DNA of 64,000 nucleotides from an uncultured delta proteobacterium. Its GTDB lineage: Bacteria; Desulfobacterota; Syntrophia; Syntrophales; UBA2192. The stretch spans positions 1 to 64,000 of the forward strand of contig CAVPJD010000007.1 in the NCBI GenBank assembly GCA_963705165.1. The letters are read 5' to 3'. A model generated the notes under the pieces. The model saw only the letters and a program-made list of their open reading frames with translations. It ran no database searches and was not told the DNA's origin. Shown here piece by piece: positions 30,403-40,656 of this stretch. Made by a program: the position numbers and the translations under genes. How positions within the stretch are numbered: position 1 is the first letter of the stretch; each line of letters starts with the position of its first letter.

Positions 30403-31791
30403 CTAATTCAAAAGACCCATCAGGGTTTCCAGCATGTCATTCGTCGTCATGACGAGCTTGCCCGCCGCGCTGTAGCCCATCTGGTATTTGATCAGGTTGA
30501 TCATCTCCTCATCGATGGACACGCCGGAAATAGATTCCCTCTGGTTGGTCAGGTTATTCAAGAGTGCGGTCTGATGGTCGTTGTCCGTTTTGGCGCTGGC
30601 CACTTGCTGCCCGATCTGCCCGACCATGGTGGAGAGGAAACTGTTCAGGGTCGCCGTGTTGCCGTTCATGCTCATTTCGTCCCGGACGGCGGCGATCCGG
30701 CTTGCCATTTCACCATCCTGAGTGACCGACGCGGAAGCGGCGATCCGGTTTGTATCGGCGACGATGACGGAGTTCACGGAGAGGGTGGCGGCTGCTTTGG
30801 TCGGGTCTGCGTCAATCGTGAAAAAATCGAGCCCGGTGTTTTTAAAGGCGTCGAAGCCGGTGCGGTGCAGCTCGTTTACGCGGGTCGCGAGGGTACTTGC
30901 AACTTCGTTTAGATCACTGATATACGCGGGAATAATGGTGTCCTGCATCTCCATGTAGGCGCCCAGTTTGCCGCTGGTCAGGGAACGGTTGACCGGCATA
31001 TGGGTCGGATTGTCGGAGTAGACAATGCTCCTGGCATTTACATCCAATTCGACACTGAGGGGATGACTTTCTATACCCTGGACCAGTGGATCACCGTTTG
31101 ACAGGTAGACATTGATGGAGCCGTCGGCGTTTTCGATCGAAGTGACGTTGACCATGCTGCGCAGTTCCTTCAGCGCCTCGGCCTGTCTGTCCAGCAGGGC
31201 GTTCTTTTCTCCCTTGTCTCCCGCAATACCCACAATCTGTCCATTCAGATCGCTGATCTGACTGACTTTATCGTTAATCTGCGACACGATATCGCTAATG
31301 TTTTGGCTTATATTCGCACTGACGGAGTCGAGATCACTCTTATAGGAAACGATGGTGCCGCTAAGGTTTTCCGCGGCGGAAAGCAGGGCGCTCCTTTCCA
31401 CGATTCCGTCCGGGTTGTTGGACAGAGTATCCCAGGCGCTCCAGAACTTGTTCAACTGTTCGTTGAGGCCGCCTCCCTGGCTATCGTCCAGGATAAGCTG
31501 GATGTTATTGAGCCCCTGCAACAGGGTGTCGCTGTAGCCGCTATTCTGGCGCTGCTCACCGAGCTGCGATTCGATATAGCGGTCATAGATCCGATCGATC
31601 CGGTCGACCGTGACGCTGAGCTGAGTGCCGGCATTTCCCGTGTTACCACCACCGATGGATTGCAGAGCCGGCCGCTGCCGGGTATAGCCAGGCGTACCGA
31701 TATTGGCCACGTTGGCACCGGTGATGTCGATGGCCATCTGGTTCGCTAAAAGGGTATCCCGTGCTGTGCCTAAAAGGCTGGTAATAGACAT
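30403..31791 (-). CDS. flgK: Hook-associated protein FlgK
   Basis: NVANIGTPGYTRQ, SGKLGAY, RESISGVSIDEEM.NLIKYQ. Confidence 0.96.
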   Translation of the reverse strand: MSITSLLGTARDTLLANQMAIDITGANVANIGTPGYTRQRPALQSIGGGNTGNAGTQLSVTVDRIDRIYDRYIESQLGEQRQNSGYSDTLLQGLNNIQLILDDSQGGGLNEQLNKFWSAWDTLSNNPDGIVERSALLSAAENLSGTIVSYKSDLDSVSANISQNISDIVSQINDKVSQISDLNGQIVGIAGDKGEKNALLDRQAEALKELRSMVNVTSIENADGSINVYLSNGDPLVQGIESHPLSVELDVNARSIVYSDNPTHMPVNRSLTSGKLGAYMEMQDTIIPAYISDLNEVASTLATRVNELHRTGFDAFKNTGLDFFTIDADPTKAAATLSVNSVIVADTNRIAASASVTQDGEMASRIAAVRDEMSMNGNTATLNSFLSTMVGQIGQQVASAKTDNDHQTALLNNLTNQRESISGVSIDEEMINLIKYQMGYSAAGKLVMTTNDMLETLMGLLN

Positions 31792-31828
31792 ATACCGATA
31801 TCACCCCTCTTGAGATGTCAGTCTATCT

Positions 31829-31844
31829 TGCAAATTTGCGGCCT
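31829..31844 (-). promoter_or_regulatory. Putative sigma54 promoter of flgK
   Basis: Minus strand AGGCCGCAAATTTGCA (GG-N10-GC). Confidence 0.6.
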
Positions 31845-31896
31845 TCATCTTTCCGCAACAACCCCCTTCATGATGGATCCGAACCTCGACATGATT

Positions 31897-32448
31897 CTAC
31901 CCTCTTTCCGAACAGATCCGTCCGTTGAGGCCGCTGGTTCTCAATCGGCCTGAATCGGCATAGACGGATCCGCTGGAGAGCATGTTGGCAATGAAACTCA
32001 CAGCGCTCTCGTTGAACCGGATCGAAGATTCGATGAGGAGCCCGTTGCGGCTGTTCATCCCCGCAATTTCTGCCACGAGGGCTCGCAGGACGGACTGGCA
32101 TTCCACCAGCCGCTTTCGCTGCTCCGGGGAAGCATGGGAAAGAAGGACCGACAGGGAGATCTCTCCTTCATCCAGGCCGAGATGAGAGGCAATCCTGCTG
32201 ACAGCCTTCATCCGGATCTCCTCAAGAATCCGGGTCTTGAGAATGCAGGTTTCCTTCCGGGCATTGCTTTCGTGAAGGGTCTCCAGGGAGGACTTCAGGA
32301 GAACCTCCCCTTCAAGGACGATGGTCTGCGCGAGTTCCCTGTAGATCTCGATCTCCTTTCTGAGAACAGACAGCAGAGAGTCCAGCAGGGGGTTCAGTTC
32401 GGCTTTCACATCCGTTTCGTTGATCGTCTGCAGATCGTGGTTCAACAT
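31897..32448 (-). CDS. flgN: Flagellar export chaperone FlgN
   Basis: Helical protein between flgM and flgK; N.RN..LI..S, Y...G motif. Confidence 0.85.
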   Translation of the reverse strand: MLNHDLQTINETDVKAELNPLLDSLLSVLRKEIEIYRELAQTIVLEGEVLLKSSLETLHESNARKETCILKTRILEEIRMKAVSRIASHLGLDEGEISLSVLLSHASPEQRKRLVECQSVLRALVAEIAGMNSRNGLLIESSIRFNESAVSFIANMLSSGSVYADSGRLRTSGLNGRICSERG

Positions 32449-32624
32449 GACACACCTGTCCTACAAAGCGTTGCCGGGCATCGGACAGACCGGTTTTGCA
32501 AGAGTCCGGCGGGGGCTTTTCCAGCGCCCCGCCCTTCTTTCATTCAACGCGAACGACAGGTGATGCGGACGGGTAATAATCCCTGGAGATGAAACGGCGG
32601 GAAATCAGTCCGAGTCGCTCAAGC

Positions 32625-32936
32625 TCAAGAGAGAACATCGAGCAGTGACTCTCCCACCATTTTCTCGGCGACCTTGTCCGCATCCACCCGATAGGTGCCC
32701 TTCTCGATCTGGTCCTTCAGGGCCTGGACCTTATCTTCCCGGACATCGGGAAGTTTCGAGATGGCGTTCTTCAGGTTCTGTACGTCCTTTGCCGTGGTGG
32801 AAAGATTCACTTTTTCCTCGGGTACGAGATTGTTGGCGGAAGCGGCCTTCTCCGATGCGCGGTCCTCGACCTTCTCGGTCTTCTGGTACTGCTGAATCAT
32901 CTGGAGGGTGGCGTCGTCAACCTTGGAAATCTTCAT
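32625..32936 (-). CDS. flgM: Anti-sigma28 factor FlgM
   Basis: EKVNLS..A, PDVREDKV..LK..IE.GTY.VD...VAEKM; ATG 32936 follows a GGAG RBS. Confidence 0.95.
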   Translation of the reverse strand: MKISKVDDATLQMIQQYQKTEKVEDRASEKAASANNLVPEEKVNLSTTAKDVQNLKNAISKLPDVREDKVQALKDQIEKGTYRVDADKVAEKMVGESLLDVLS

Positions 32937-32968
32937 GTCGTACTCCTTGAGATTGAATCTTAACACAC

Positions 32969-32996
32969 TAATCGGCAAAACCCTAGTCGGCCTTTA
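32969..32996 (-). promoter_or_regulatory. Putative sigma28 promoter of flgM
   Basis: Minus strand TAAA-N16-GCCGATTA. Confidence 0.78.
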
Positions 32997-33375
32997 GCGT
33001 TTTTTTCATGGCAGGGTCGGTTTCGGCCCCGCTGCCCTCGTCCGGCTTCAGGCCCCCCTCGGGACGCTTCAGCTGGTTGTAAAGGACCTTCTGCAGCCCG
33101 ATACCGCCCTGGCGGGCCAGGTCCTCGGAGAGCTTGTGGTCCATGATCATCGTGTAGGTGTCCTTCCCCGGCATCTTGGTCGTAGTGTGGCTCTCGGGGA
33201 TCGTCTTCCGCATCGTCTGAAATATGTAATTTATGAATAACGCTTCGAAATCGGCGCATGACTTCCTCAGCTTCCGATCTTTCTCCTGTTCCTCCGTCGA
33301 GGCGGCATCGGCCCTGGCCGACATCTTGGCCAGGCTCTGCGTTGCCAGGGGCGGGATATGCCGGATTTCTTCCAT
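32983..33375 (-). CDS. flgJ: Rod-binding protein FlgJ (no muramidase domain)
   Basis: LRKSCADFEALFI..MRKTIP..GGIGL..LY.QL. Confidence 0.9.
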   Translation of the reverse strand: MEEIRHIPPLATQSLAKMSARADAASTEEQEKDRKLRKSCADFEALFINYIFQTMRKTIPESHTTTKMPGKDTYTMIMDHKLSEDLARQGGIGLQKVLYNQLKRPEGGLKPDEGSGAETDPAMKKTLKAD

Positions 33376-33385
33376 TTCCGTTCTC

Positions 33386-34594
33386 CTACATCACTTTCAG
33401 GTCGGCCTGCAGGGACCCTGCGGCCTTGATGGTCTGCAAGATTTGCATGAGGTCCCGGGGGGTAACGCCCATGGCGTTGAGGCCCCGGACCACGTCTTGG
33501 ATGGTGACCCCCCTGGGCATGACCACGAGGGCTCTCTTTTCCTCGGCAACGTTGATCTGTGTGCTCGGGGTCACGACGGTCTGTCCCCCGGAACCCATGG
33601 TGACACCGTGCCCCGCATCAGTGGGCCCTTGCCCGGGTACTCCGCGGGGGGCGAACGGCAGGGGTTGGGAAACGTTGGATTCCTCCCGGATCTGGAAGCT
33701 GAGGTTCCCGTGGGCCACGGCGATCGTTGAAATCCTTACATTTTCTCCCATGACGACGGTCCCTGTCTTCTCGTTGAGCACCACGACGGCCGCGGTGTCA
33801 ATAGAGACGTCGAGGTTCTCGATGGCCGAAAGCAGGCTCACGATGCTCCCCTTGTAGGAATTCTTGACGGTGATCAGGGCGGATCCCGAATCGACGAGCT
33901 TCACGTCCACATCGCCGATGCGGGAACTCACCGTCGAGGCCAGCCGGTTGAGTGTCGTGAAATCGGGCTGATAGAGATTCACCGCGAGCTGGCGGGTTTT
34001 TTCGAAGTCGTACCGGAGCTCTTTCTCGATGAGGGCCCCGTTGGTGATATAGCCGACGGTCGTGTGGTTCTTCCCGACAGCGCTCCCCGAGGCCGAATTC
34101 GCACCGGCCACAAAGCCCCCGATGACCACGGCTCCCTGGGCCACGGCGTAGATCTCGTTGTCGGCGCCCCTGAGCGGCGTCATGAGAAGCGTGCCCCCCA
34201 GGAGGCTCTTGGCATCCCCGACGGAGGAGACCATGACGTCGAGCTTGGCGCCTGTCTTCGCAAAAGGCGGCAGCACGGCCGTGATCATCACGGCGGCGAT
34301 GTTGTTCGACTTGAGGTCCTTGTCGCGCATCGCGAGGCCCTGCCTGGAGAGCATGTTGGACAAGGTCTCCCGGGTGTAACCGTTCTTGATGCTGTCGCCG
34401 GTGCTCATGAGGCCCACCACGAGGCCGTAGCCCACGAGCTGGTTGTCCCGGATCCCGCCGATCGAGGAAATGTCCTTGATCCGCGCCGCCCCGGCCGAAA
34501 CGGGCAGGCACAGGCAGGCGATGAGTACGATCGCGACCCCTGTCAAAATCCCTTTATGCATGCGATTCAGATTCATCTTCAACCCCACCGTCAA
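33386..34594 (-). CDS. flgI: Flagellar P-ring protein FlgI
   Basis: RIKDI..GIRDNQLVGYGLVVGL..TGD, NEKTGTVV.G, L..IK.AG.L; exact start uncertain. Confidence 0.97.
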   Translation of the reverse strand: MTVGLKMNLNRMHKGILTGVAIVLIACLCLPVSAGAARIKDISSIGGIRDNQLVGYGLVVGLMSTGDSIKNGYTRETLSNMLSRQGLAMRDKDLKSNNIAAVMITAVLPPFAKTGAKLDVMVSSVGDAKSLLGGTLLMTPLRGADNEIYAVAQGAVVIGGFVAGANSASGSAVGKNHTTVGYITNGALIEKELRYDFEKTRQLAVNLYQPDFTTLNRLASTVSSRIGDVDVKLVDSGSALITVKNSYKGSIVSLLSAIENLDVSIDTAAVVVLNEKTGTVVMGENVRISTIAVAHGNLSFQIREESNVSQPLPFAPRGVPGQGPTDAGHGVTMGSGGQTVVTPSTQINVAEEKRALVVMPRGVTIQDVVRGLNAMGVTPRDLMQILQTIKAAGSLQADLKVM

Positions 34595-34608
34595 TTTCTT
34601 ATATCTAT

Positions 34609-34624
34609 TGCAAAACTCTTGCCT
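34609..34624 (-). promoter_or_regulatory. Putative sigma54 promoter of flgI
   Basis: Minus strand AGGCAAGAGTTTTGCA. Confidence 0.6.
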
Positions 34625-34673
34625 TTTCCTACACCCTAAACACTTCCTATACCCTGTTCCCGGCGCTTCGCGC

Positions 34674-35396
34674 CTAGAACGGCCACACCCAGTCCACGAC
34701 CCGGGTCATCCAGCCCGGCCGCATCTTGTCGTCCACCACCCCCTTGCCGGCATAGACGATCCGGGCATCGGAGATGTACTGGGAGTTGATCAGGTTGTCC
34801 GACGTGATGTCGTCGGGACGGATCAGGCCGGTGATCACCATGAACTGGTCCTCGGAATTAACCGTCAGCATGCGCCGGCCCTCGATGATGAGGTTGCCGT
34901 TGGGGAGCACCCTCACGACGCGGGCGCTGATCTTCCCCTTGAGGATGCCGTCGCGGTTGGTCTTCCCCTCGCCCTTCAGCGAGCTGTCCGAAGCGCCGCC
35001 CAGGGAGTATCCGGAAACGTAGCGCTTGTCCGGATCGTATCGGACGAAACCGGTGATCCCCGCCGTGGTCGATGTCTGGCGCTTGGTATCCGTGTTGGCG
35101 TTGTTTTCCCCCTCGGCCTTCTCGTCAACGACGATCGTCACGATGTCGCCGATGTTGCGGGCCTTGCGGTCGGTGAAGAGCAGGTTGTTCGACGTCGCGC
35201 CCGGCCAGATGGACCCGGGGGAGAGCGTGGCCTTCGCCTCCGGAGGCGAAGGTGGAATGACAATGGGCTCGCGCTTCATGGCGGCGTCGTAGCTCGTCGC
35301 CAGACAGCCGGTGAGCAGGAGAAGCAGGGTCAGCGTCAGACAGCGTTTAAAGGTTTTCATGATCGAACCCATCCTTTGTTTTTCAGAAATCGACAC
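34674..35396 (-). CDS. flgH: Flagellar L-ring lipoprotein FlgH
   Basis: Lipobox LTGC, D.KA..IGDIVTI, VLPNGNL.IEG, G.IRP.DI. Confidence 0.96.
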   Translation of the reverse strand: MSISEKQRMGSIMKTFKRCLTLTLLLLLTGCLATSYDAAMKREPIVIPPSPPEAKATLSPGSIWPGATSNNLLFTDRKARNIGDIVTIVVDEKAEGENNANTDTKRQTSTTAGITGFVRYDPDKRYVSGYSLGGASDSSLKGEGKTNRDGILKGKISARVVRVLPNGNLIIEGRRMLTVNSEDQFMVITGLIRPDDITSDNLINSQYISDARIVYAGKGVVDDKMRPGWMTRVVDWVWPF

Positions 35397-36108
35397 GGAC
35401 CAGGGACTGCGCCATCACGCGTGCGAAGATGATCTTCTTCGACGTAAGGTTCTGGACGCGGACGAGATCCCCCTGGCCTCCATCCTCCTGGCACAGGCCT
35501 ACGGTCGAAATGACCATGGGACCGTTCTCCAGGACAACGCGAACCACCTCGCCCTTCTTCACGACAGGCACCGAGCGCAGCATCTGCCTCGTGATCTCCG
35601 TGCCGGCGTTGAGCCGCATGGCGGCCTTCTTGCCCACGGCCTCACCTGCATCCGTCAGGACTCCCGTTGTGGCCGTGTCCATCCACTTGCTCGTCACCGT
35701 CACGTCGCCCGGCCCGAGGATGTGGTCGCGGGGGATGCCGTGGGTGCTGGCAACGACGTCGGTGAGGACCTCGATCCTCACGCGGATCGTCTCTTCGCGG
35801 ACAAAGGTGTCGCCCTTGCGGAAGCGGACCGCAAAGGAGGTGCGCCCGATGTAGTGCTCACCGGCTCGGCTGCGGACCTGCAGGTTCGCAAGCCCTGCGG
35901 GGATGGCCACCTCGGGCATGGGGCCGAGGAACTCGACGCGGATCCGGTCCTTCGGCCAGGTTGCATGGTCCTCGATGTGCTTTTTCACGGCCTCCTTGAT
36001 CGCCGTCTCGCCGGTTGCGGAGGCCTCGCAGACAGGGGCCAACCCGGCCGTAAGCAGGATGACGATCATGAATGTCGCGAGTGCGCCTGGGACGATGTGC
36101 CGTTTCAT
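35383..36108 (-). CDS. flgA: P-ring chaperone FlgA
   Basis: Signal peptide, SAF-like region, VV.KGE.V..G..G..VRV.N..S.K. Confidence 0.92.
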   Translation of the reverse strand: MKRHIVPGALATFMIVILLTAGLAPVCEASATGETAIKEAVKKHIEDHATWPKDRIRVEFLGPMPEVAIPAGLANLQVRSRAGEHYIGRTSFAVRFRKGDTFVREETIRVRIEVLTDVVASTHGIPRDHILGPGDVTVTSKWMDTATTGVLTDAGEAVGKKAAMRLNAGTEITRQMLRSVPVVKKGEVVRVVLENGPMVISTVGLCQEDGGQGDLVRVQNLTSKKIIFARVMAQSLVRVDF

Positions 36109-36114
36109 CGCTTC

Positions 36115-36900
36115 TTACCTCTTGAGGTTGTTTACCATCTGCAGCATGTTGTCTGCCGTCTGGATGGCCTTGGAGTTGATTTCGTAGGCCCTCTGGCCGA
36201 CGATCATCTGGACCATTTCATCAACAACGTTGACGTTGGACATCTCCAGGAAGGTCTGGGAAATCGTCCCGAAGCCCTCCGTGTCGGGGTTGCCCGTCAC
36301 GGGCTCGCCGGAGCCGTCGGTCTTGGCATAGAGGTTTCGGCCCAGGTTGGTGAGGCCCGCCGGGTTGGCGAACTTGGCCAGCTCGAGGCGGCCCGAGGAG
36401 AGGGTCGTCCCGGCCTTGTCCTTGGCCGTCCAGGTGCCGCCGGCATCCACGGTGAAGGTGACCGTCCCCGCGGGTACGCTGACCTCGGGGGTGAGCTTGA
36501 GGCCCTCGGAGTTCACGAGGAACAAATCCTTGCTGATCTTCCAGCTGCCCGCCCGGGTGTAGAGAGTCTTTCCGTTGCCGTCATCGGTCTGGAAGAAGCC
36601 GTCGCCCTCGATGGCCCAGTCGAAACGGTTTCCCGTCTGCTGGTAGTCGCCCTGGGTGAAGATCTTCTGGATCGACGTGAGCTTGGAGCCCAGGCCCACT
36701 TCCATGCCCAGGGGCAGGGCGGTCCCGGAGGTGGTCCCCGCGCCGGCCTGCCGGCTGATCTGATACATGAGGTCCTGGAATTCGGCCCGGGATGCCTTGA
36801 AACCGGGGGTCTGAACGTTGGCGAGGTTGTTGGCGACGACATCCTGGTTGATCTGCTGGGCCATCATGCCCGTCGCCGCCGTGTATAAAGATCGGATCAT
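36115..36900 (-). CDS. flgG: Distal rod protein FlgG
   Basis: MIRSLYTAATGM.AQQ..ANNLANV.TPGFK..F.DL.YQ, LEMSNVNVVDEM. Confidence 0.97.
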   Translation of the reverse strand: MIRSLYTAATGMMAQQINQDVVANNLANVQTPGFKASRAEFQDLMYQISRQAGAGTTSGTALPLGMEVGLGSKLTSIQKIFTQGDYQQTGNRFDWAIEGDGFFQTDDGNGKTLYTRAGSWKISKDLFLVNSEGLKLTPEVSVPAGTVTFTVDAGGTWTAKDKAGTTLSSGRLELAKFANPAGLTNLGRNLYAKTDGSGEPVTGNPDTEGFGTISQTFLEMSNVNVVDEMVQMIVGQRAYEINSKAIQTADNMLQMVNNLKR

Positions 36901-36944
36901 TTTCTCCTCCCGTACCCTTTAGCCTTTTACCTTTTGCCTTTAGC

Positions 36945-37658
36945 CTAAAATATTTTGCCGATGCGGTTCGTCGACATCCGGTCCTGCTCGCTGATCGTCT
37001 GCATGACCTTGAGATAAGCCTCGAAGGTGCGCTGGATGTCGATCATCTCGACCATCTCCTTCATGGCCTGGACATTGGACATCTCGAGGTAGCCCGAGCG
37101 AACCTCCGGGCTTTCCACCGCGGTCTGCTCGGCCTTGCCGGAAGCCTCGAAAAATCCATTTCCCCGCTTCACAAGCGCGTCCTTCTTCTTGAAGTCGACG
37201 ATCTTGAGCTTGCCCACCTCGCTGCCGTCGACGCTGACAGCCCCCGCGTTCGAGATCTCGACTTTTCTCCCGGAAATGGTGATCCGGCCTCCCTCGCCCA
37301 TCACGGCATCGCCGGACTGGGTCACCATCTCGCCGTTCTGATTGAGCGTGAAGCTGCCGTTTCTCGTGTAGCGCTCGCCGTCTTTTGTCTCGATGGCGAA
37401 GAACCCCTCGCCCTGGATGGCCACATCGAGCGGGTTGCCGCTCTTCTGCAGCGTCCCCGGGGAGTGGTCGATGAGGACGACGGGATCGTGACTGTAACTG
37501 TCCTCGGCCATGGTTTCGGTGCCGGGCTTTCGCACAAAGATGAGCCGCTCGGCCTTGAACCCCGGCGTGTTGGAGTTTGCCATGTTGTGGACCACGTAGT
37601 CGTTCTGTGAAAGCTTCTTGACGGCGGCACTGACGGCCGTGTTTACACCGTACATCAT
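36945..37658 (-). CDS. flgF: Proximal rod protein FlgF
   Basis: NMANSNTPGFK, GNPLDVAI.GEGFF, YTRNG.F, LEMSNV. Confidence 0.93.
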   Translation of the reverse strand: MMYGVNTAVSAAVKKLSQNDYVVHNMANSNTPGFKAERLIFVRKPGTETMAEDSYSHDPVVLIDHSPGTLQKSGNPLDVAIQGEGFFAIETKDGERYTRNGSFTLNQNGEMVTQSGDAVMGEGGRITISGRKVEISNAGAVSVDGSEVGKLKIVDFKKKDALVKRGNGFFEASGKAEQTAVESPEVRSGYLEMSNVQAMKEMVEMIDIQRTFEAYLKVMQTISEQDRMSTNRIGKIF

Positions 37659-37701
37659 ATTGCCGGTTCCTTCTCCTTACACGGGTGTTGATCTGTTGTG
37701 G

Positions 37702-37717
37702 AGCAACGGCTGTGCCA
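37702..37717 (-). promoter_or_regulatory. Sigma54 promoter of the flgF operon
   Basis: Minus strand TGGCACAGCCGTTGCT, near consensus. Confidence 0.85.
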
Positions 37718-37964
37718 GGGGAGCCAGGGAGAAGGGTTCAGGGTACAGGGTTCAGGGTACAGGACGGGAAAAGCTATAACTGCATGATATGATTGATCTT
37801 AATATAAGCCGATTTTTTGCTTGGCAAATCCGCAGAATAAGGGATCGGTAGGCTTCCGGGTGACGGGTGGGCAATTTTGGGATGTTCGGGAAAATATTGC
37901 CTGCGGGTTTTTTTCTGCGTTGTTCGTCTTTGCCTGTACCCTGGACCCTTTACCCTGGACCCTG
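37715..37964. repeat. Inverted pair of degenerate heptamer arrays (CAGGGNN ... CCCTGNA)
   Basis: Arms at about 37715-37763 and 37932-37964. Confidence 0.75.
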
Positions 37965-38252
37965 CTCTTGCCGGTACTTCTCGTTCGCGGAATAGACAAA
38001 GGCGAGGATCTCCGCCACGGCCTTGTACAGTTCAGGCGGGATGTGCTGGTCGATGTCGAGTTGGCTCAGGATCTGGATCAGGGCCTTGTCGCTGCGGACC
38101 GGGATGTCGTGCTGCCGGGCAAGCTCGATGATCCGCTCGGCCACATGACCTTTCCCTTTTGCCGTGAGCCTCGGGGCATCGTCCTTGGCGGCATCGTACC
38201 GGACCGCCGCCGCCATCCGGGTCTGTTCGTTCTTTTTTTTCTTTTCCGGCAT
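37950..38252 (-). CDS. FlhB C-terminal-domain-like small protein (FlhX/YlqH type)
   Basis: AAAVRYD..APRLTAKG.G.VAERII.LA..HDIP..IPPELY.AVAEILAFVY. Confidence 0.92.
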   Translation of the reverse strand: MPEKKKKNEQTRMAAAVRYDAAKDDAPRLTAKGKGHVAERIIELARQHDIPVRSDKALIQILSQLDIDQHIPPELYKAVAEILAFVYSANEKYRQEQGPG

Positions 38253-38369
38253 ATTCAGCCCGTTAATCCCTGACCTCAATAGAACCCCTGCAGGTTACAG
38301 GCTGCAGGTTACAGGCCGTTTTTCTTCACGTAGACACTCAGGCACTTGCACACTCAGACACTTCTTCGC

Positions 38370-39515
38370 TCAGGCAAAAACGCTCAGCGTCTGCCCATCC
38401 CCATACAATTCTTCCCGGAGGCACTCTTCCATCGCCTCCCGGACACCGCTGTCCGCTGAGACGACAAGTTTCGCCACATGGTAGCCCGCCTCGATGAGAT
38501 GCTTTTCCAGTTCCGGCAGCAGCCCGGAAACAAAGGATGCGACGGGCTCCCTTTCGCAACAAATCCGGACGGTCGCCTCTTTTGCGCGAAAGTGCGCCTG
38601 GGCTATCACGTCACCCAGGGCATCCATCTCGAGGGCAAAGACCACCTGGAAAGCCTCTTTTTTATCCCCCTTACCGCGGCGCCATTCTTCATCGCGGATG
38701 AAAATATCCGCTTTCCCCAGGAGGCCTGGCAGGATGAGGGGGATCTGGATGAGAAGCTTCCCCTCGGTCTGCTGGAAGTGCACGTTGAGAACCTGTTGGC
38801 TCTCAATGGCCCGAACGGTCCTTTCCAGGGCCGGGGCGAGCTCCTGGATCGTCTTCGCGTCGGCGGGTTGGATTTCCGCTGATTGGAGCTTCGCCTGGAA
38901 TTCCTCGAGAACCTTCATCAAGCCCGCCTTGAGGCCGGCCTGCGAGGGAACCGGGTTGGAACCGGGGCTCTCCAGAGCCTTTCTCAGATCGCCCTCGAGC
39001 GAGAGCCCCAGAGACCGGACGGCATCGCGCAGCGAAAAGCCCCTTTCGATCTGCTCCCGGCCCAGCATGGCCGATGAAAGCGCATCGAGGAAAACGGCCA
39101 GGTTGTCGCGACCCGCAAGGCGGGAGAAGTCGGCACCCCGCATGCCGCCGACGATCTCGGCAAGCTCAGCGAGGCTCTGCGTGAGCGCGCCGGGGTTGGA
39201 CCGGAAAACCCGCAGATGCTCTGCGGTGATGCGCTCTTCGGGCGGGGGCGCAACCGACAGCAAAACCCTGGGGTTCAGGCTGTCCACCCGAAGCATCATC
39301 GCCTGCCCCGGCCGCAGGGTTGGCTCCGCCTCCGCCGTGAGAAGGTTCTGGCCGATGCGGATGATGAACCTGCCGTCCTCCAGCCTCTCCATCACACGGG
39401 CCTCCACCGTCTGCCCGACGGACAGGCCGGTTGAAGGCTGCTGCGCAAGCTTGATTTGCAGGACAGGGTCAACGAGCGGTTTGAAGACAGGCGGGAAATG
39501 GACGCCGGAGGGCAT
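38370..39515 (-). CDS. FliK-like protein (hook-length-control C-terminal domain)
   Basis: N-terminal OB-like region, C-terminal L.MDALG.V..L.K.L..AGY.V; paired with the FlhB-like gene. Confidence 0.7.
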   Translation of the reverse strand: MPSGVHFPPVFKPLVDPVLQIKLAQQPSTGLSVGQTVEARVMERLEDGRFIIRIGQNLLTAEAEPTLRPGQAMMLRVDSLNPRVLLSVAPPPEERITAEHLRVFRSNPGALTQSLAELAEIVGGMRGADFSRLAGRDNLAVFLDALSSAMLGREQIERGFSLRDAVRSLGLSLEGDLRKALESPGSNPVPSQAGLKAGLMKVLEEFQAKLQSAEIQPADAKTIQELAPALERTVRAIESQQVLNVHFQQTEGKLLIQIPLILPGLLGKADIFIRDEEWRRGKGDKKEAFQVVFALEMDALGDVIAQAHFRAKEATVRICCEREPVASFVSGLLPELEKHLIEAGYHVAKLVVSADSGVREAMEECLREELYGDGQTLSVFA

Positions 39516-39997
39516 CAGCGGCCGTCACTTCTGCGGCGGGCAAGGTCAAGAATGAGGCTGACCTCCCCTTCCGTAAGCCCGAGGCTGTCGGCGATCTCGG
39601 CCGGCGTAAACCCCTGATCGGCGAGCCGGATCACCTCGCCGTTCCTCTTGCCGGGGAGGGCCTCTTCCAGGACGGCGCTTGTTTTGTCGAGCCTGTCGAT
39701 GTGGGAGGATGCCTGCGTCATGAGGCGCTTCAGGCGGTCTTCCTTTTCGTCGATCGACAGGGATACGTCCCGGAGTGCCTTTCGGCTTTCCTCCATCGCC
39801 TGCATCAGGCTCGTGGTGGCGTTCTGGGACTCCTGGATGAGCCGCCCCAGTTCAGACATGGCTTTCGGATCGATCGTCGACTTTCGTCTTTTCAATTCCC
39901 GATTGACCCGGCTGAGGATGAAAATGACGGCAATACACAGCACGAGGTCGGCCGCGACCTGAATGGCAAAAAAAACCTGGGGATTGATGTCGGTCAT
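39515..39997 (-). CDS. Membrane-anchored coiled-coil protein with C-terminal HTH-like motif (DUF2802/DUF6115-like)
   Basis: N-terminal TM, coiled coil, VIRLADQG.T..EIA..LGL..GEV.LIL.L. Confidence 0.75.
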   Translation of the reverse strand: MTDINPQVFFAIQVAADLVLCIAVIFILSRVNRELKRRKSTIDPKAMSELGRLIQESQNATTSLMQAMEESRKALRDVSLSIDEKEDRLKRLMTQASSHIDRLDKTSAVLEEALPGKRNGEVIRLADQGFTPAEIADSLGLTEGEVSLILDLARRRSDGR

Positions 39998-40088
39998 GGT
40001 TATGAAACGCCGCTTCTCGCCGTGCTGCCGGCAGGGTGTCTTCGGCCAGGATCATCGAGGGTTCGAATAGATCTGCCGCCGATTATGA

Positions 40089-40181
40089 GAAGTTAGGAAG
40101 TCAGGAAGAGCAGAAGATCGGCGAAAAACGAAAGACACGTTGATTTCCGCTCTTCCTCGCTTCCGATCTTCCGATTTTCAC
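40089..40181. repeat. Inverted pair of 8-bp-period GAAG/CTTC arrays
   Basis: gaagttag gaagtcag gaagagca gaagatcg ... ctcttc ctcgcttc cgatcttc. Confidence 0.7.
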
Positions 40182-40248
40182 ACTCAGCAGGGCATCGGAT
40201 GCTCATTTGCTATTAGATCGTATCGAGGGCATCTGCAGCGGAGGGCCG

Positions 40249-40569
40249 CTAGGCGCGGATGTTGATCCTGCCCCCCATCCCCTCCTCAAGAGGTGTTTCC
40301 TCCGGAGGGTTCTGTCGGGGCTTGTCCTCCGCATTCTGATGATCCCGGGTCATCTTGCGCTTCCGCTCCCGTTCCTCCTCGCGCTGGATCCGGGCCTTCT
40401 CGGTCTCATCCGATTCCTTGACCTTCTCCTTGAGGAGCTTCTTCTCCTCGCTTGCATGCAGGGCAATGTAGCGCTGCTGGAGGTCAGACTGCTGCTGTTG
40501 CGCCTGCTGGAGTCTCTCCACCGACGTCGTCTGAATCAGGACCTGTTGTACATCGACCGCCCTCAACAT
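40249..40569 (-). CDS. Small charged hypothetical protein
   Basis: ATG 40569 follows GGAGG; MLRAVDVQQV..Q/E-rich..GGRINIRA. Confidence 0.75.
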   Translation of the reverse strand: MLRAVDVQQVLIQTTSVERLQQAQQQQSDLQQRYIALHASEEKKLLKEKVKESDETEKARIQREEERERKRKMTRDHQNAEDKPRQNPPEETPLEEGMGGRINIRA

Positions 40570-40656
40570 AACCGGATCACCTCCTCCGGGACGGTTTACC
40601 CTTGGGCAGCAGCAATCGGGGCCTTCAGAAGAGTTCTTCCGGAGTCCCTGCTTATG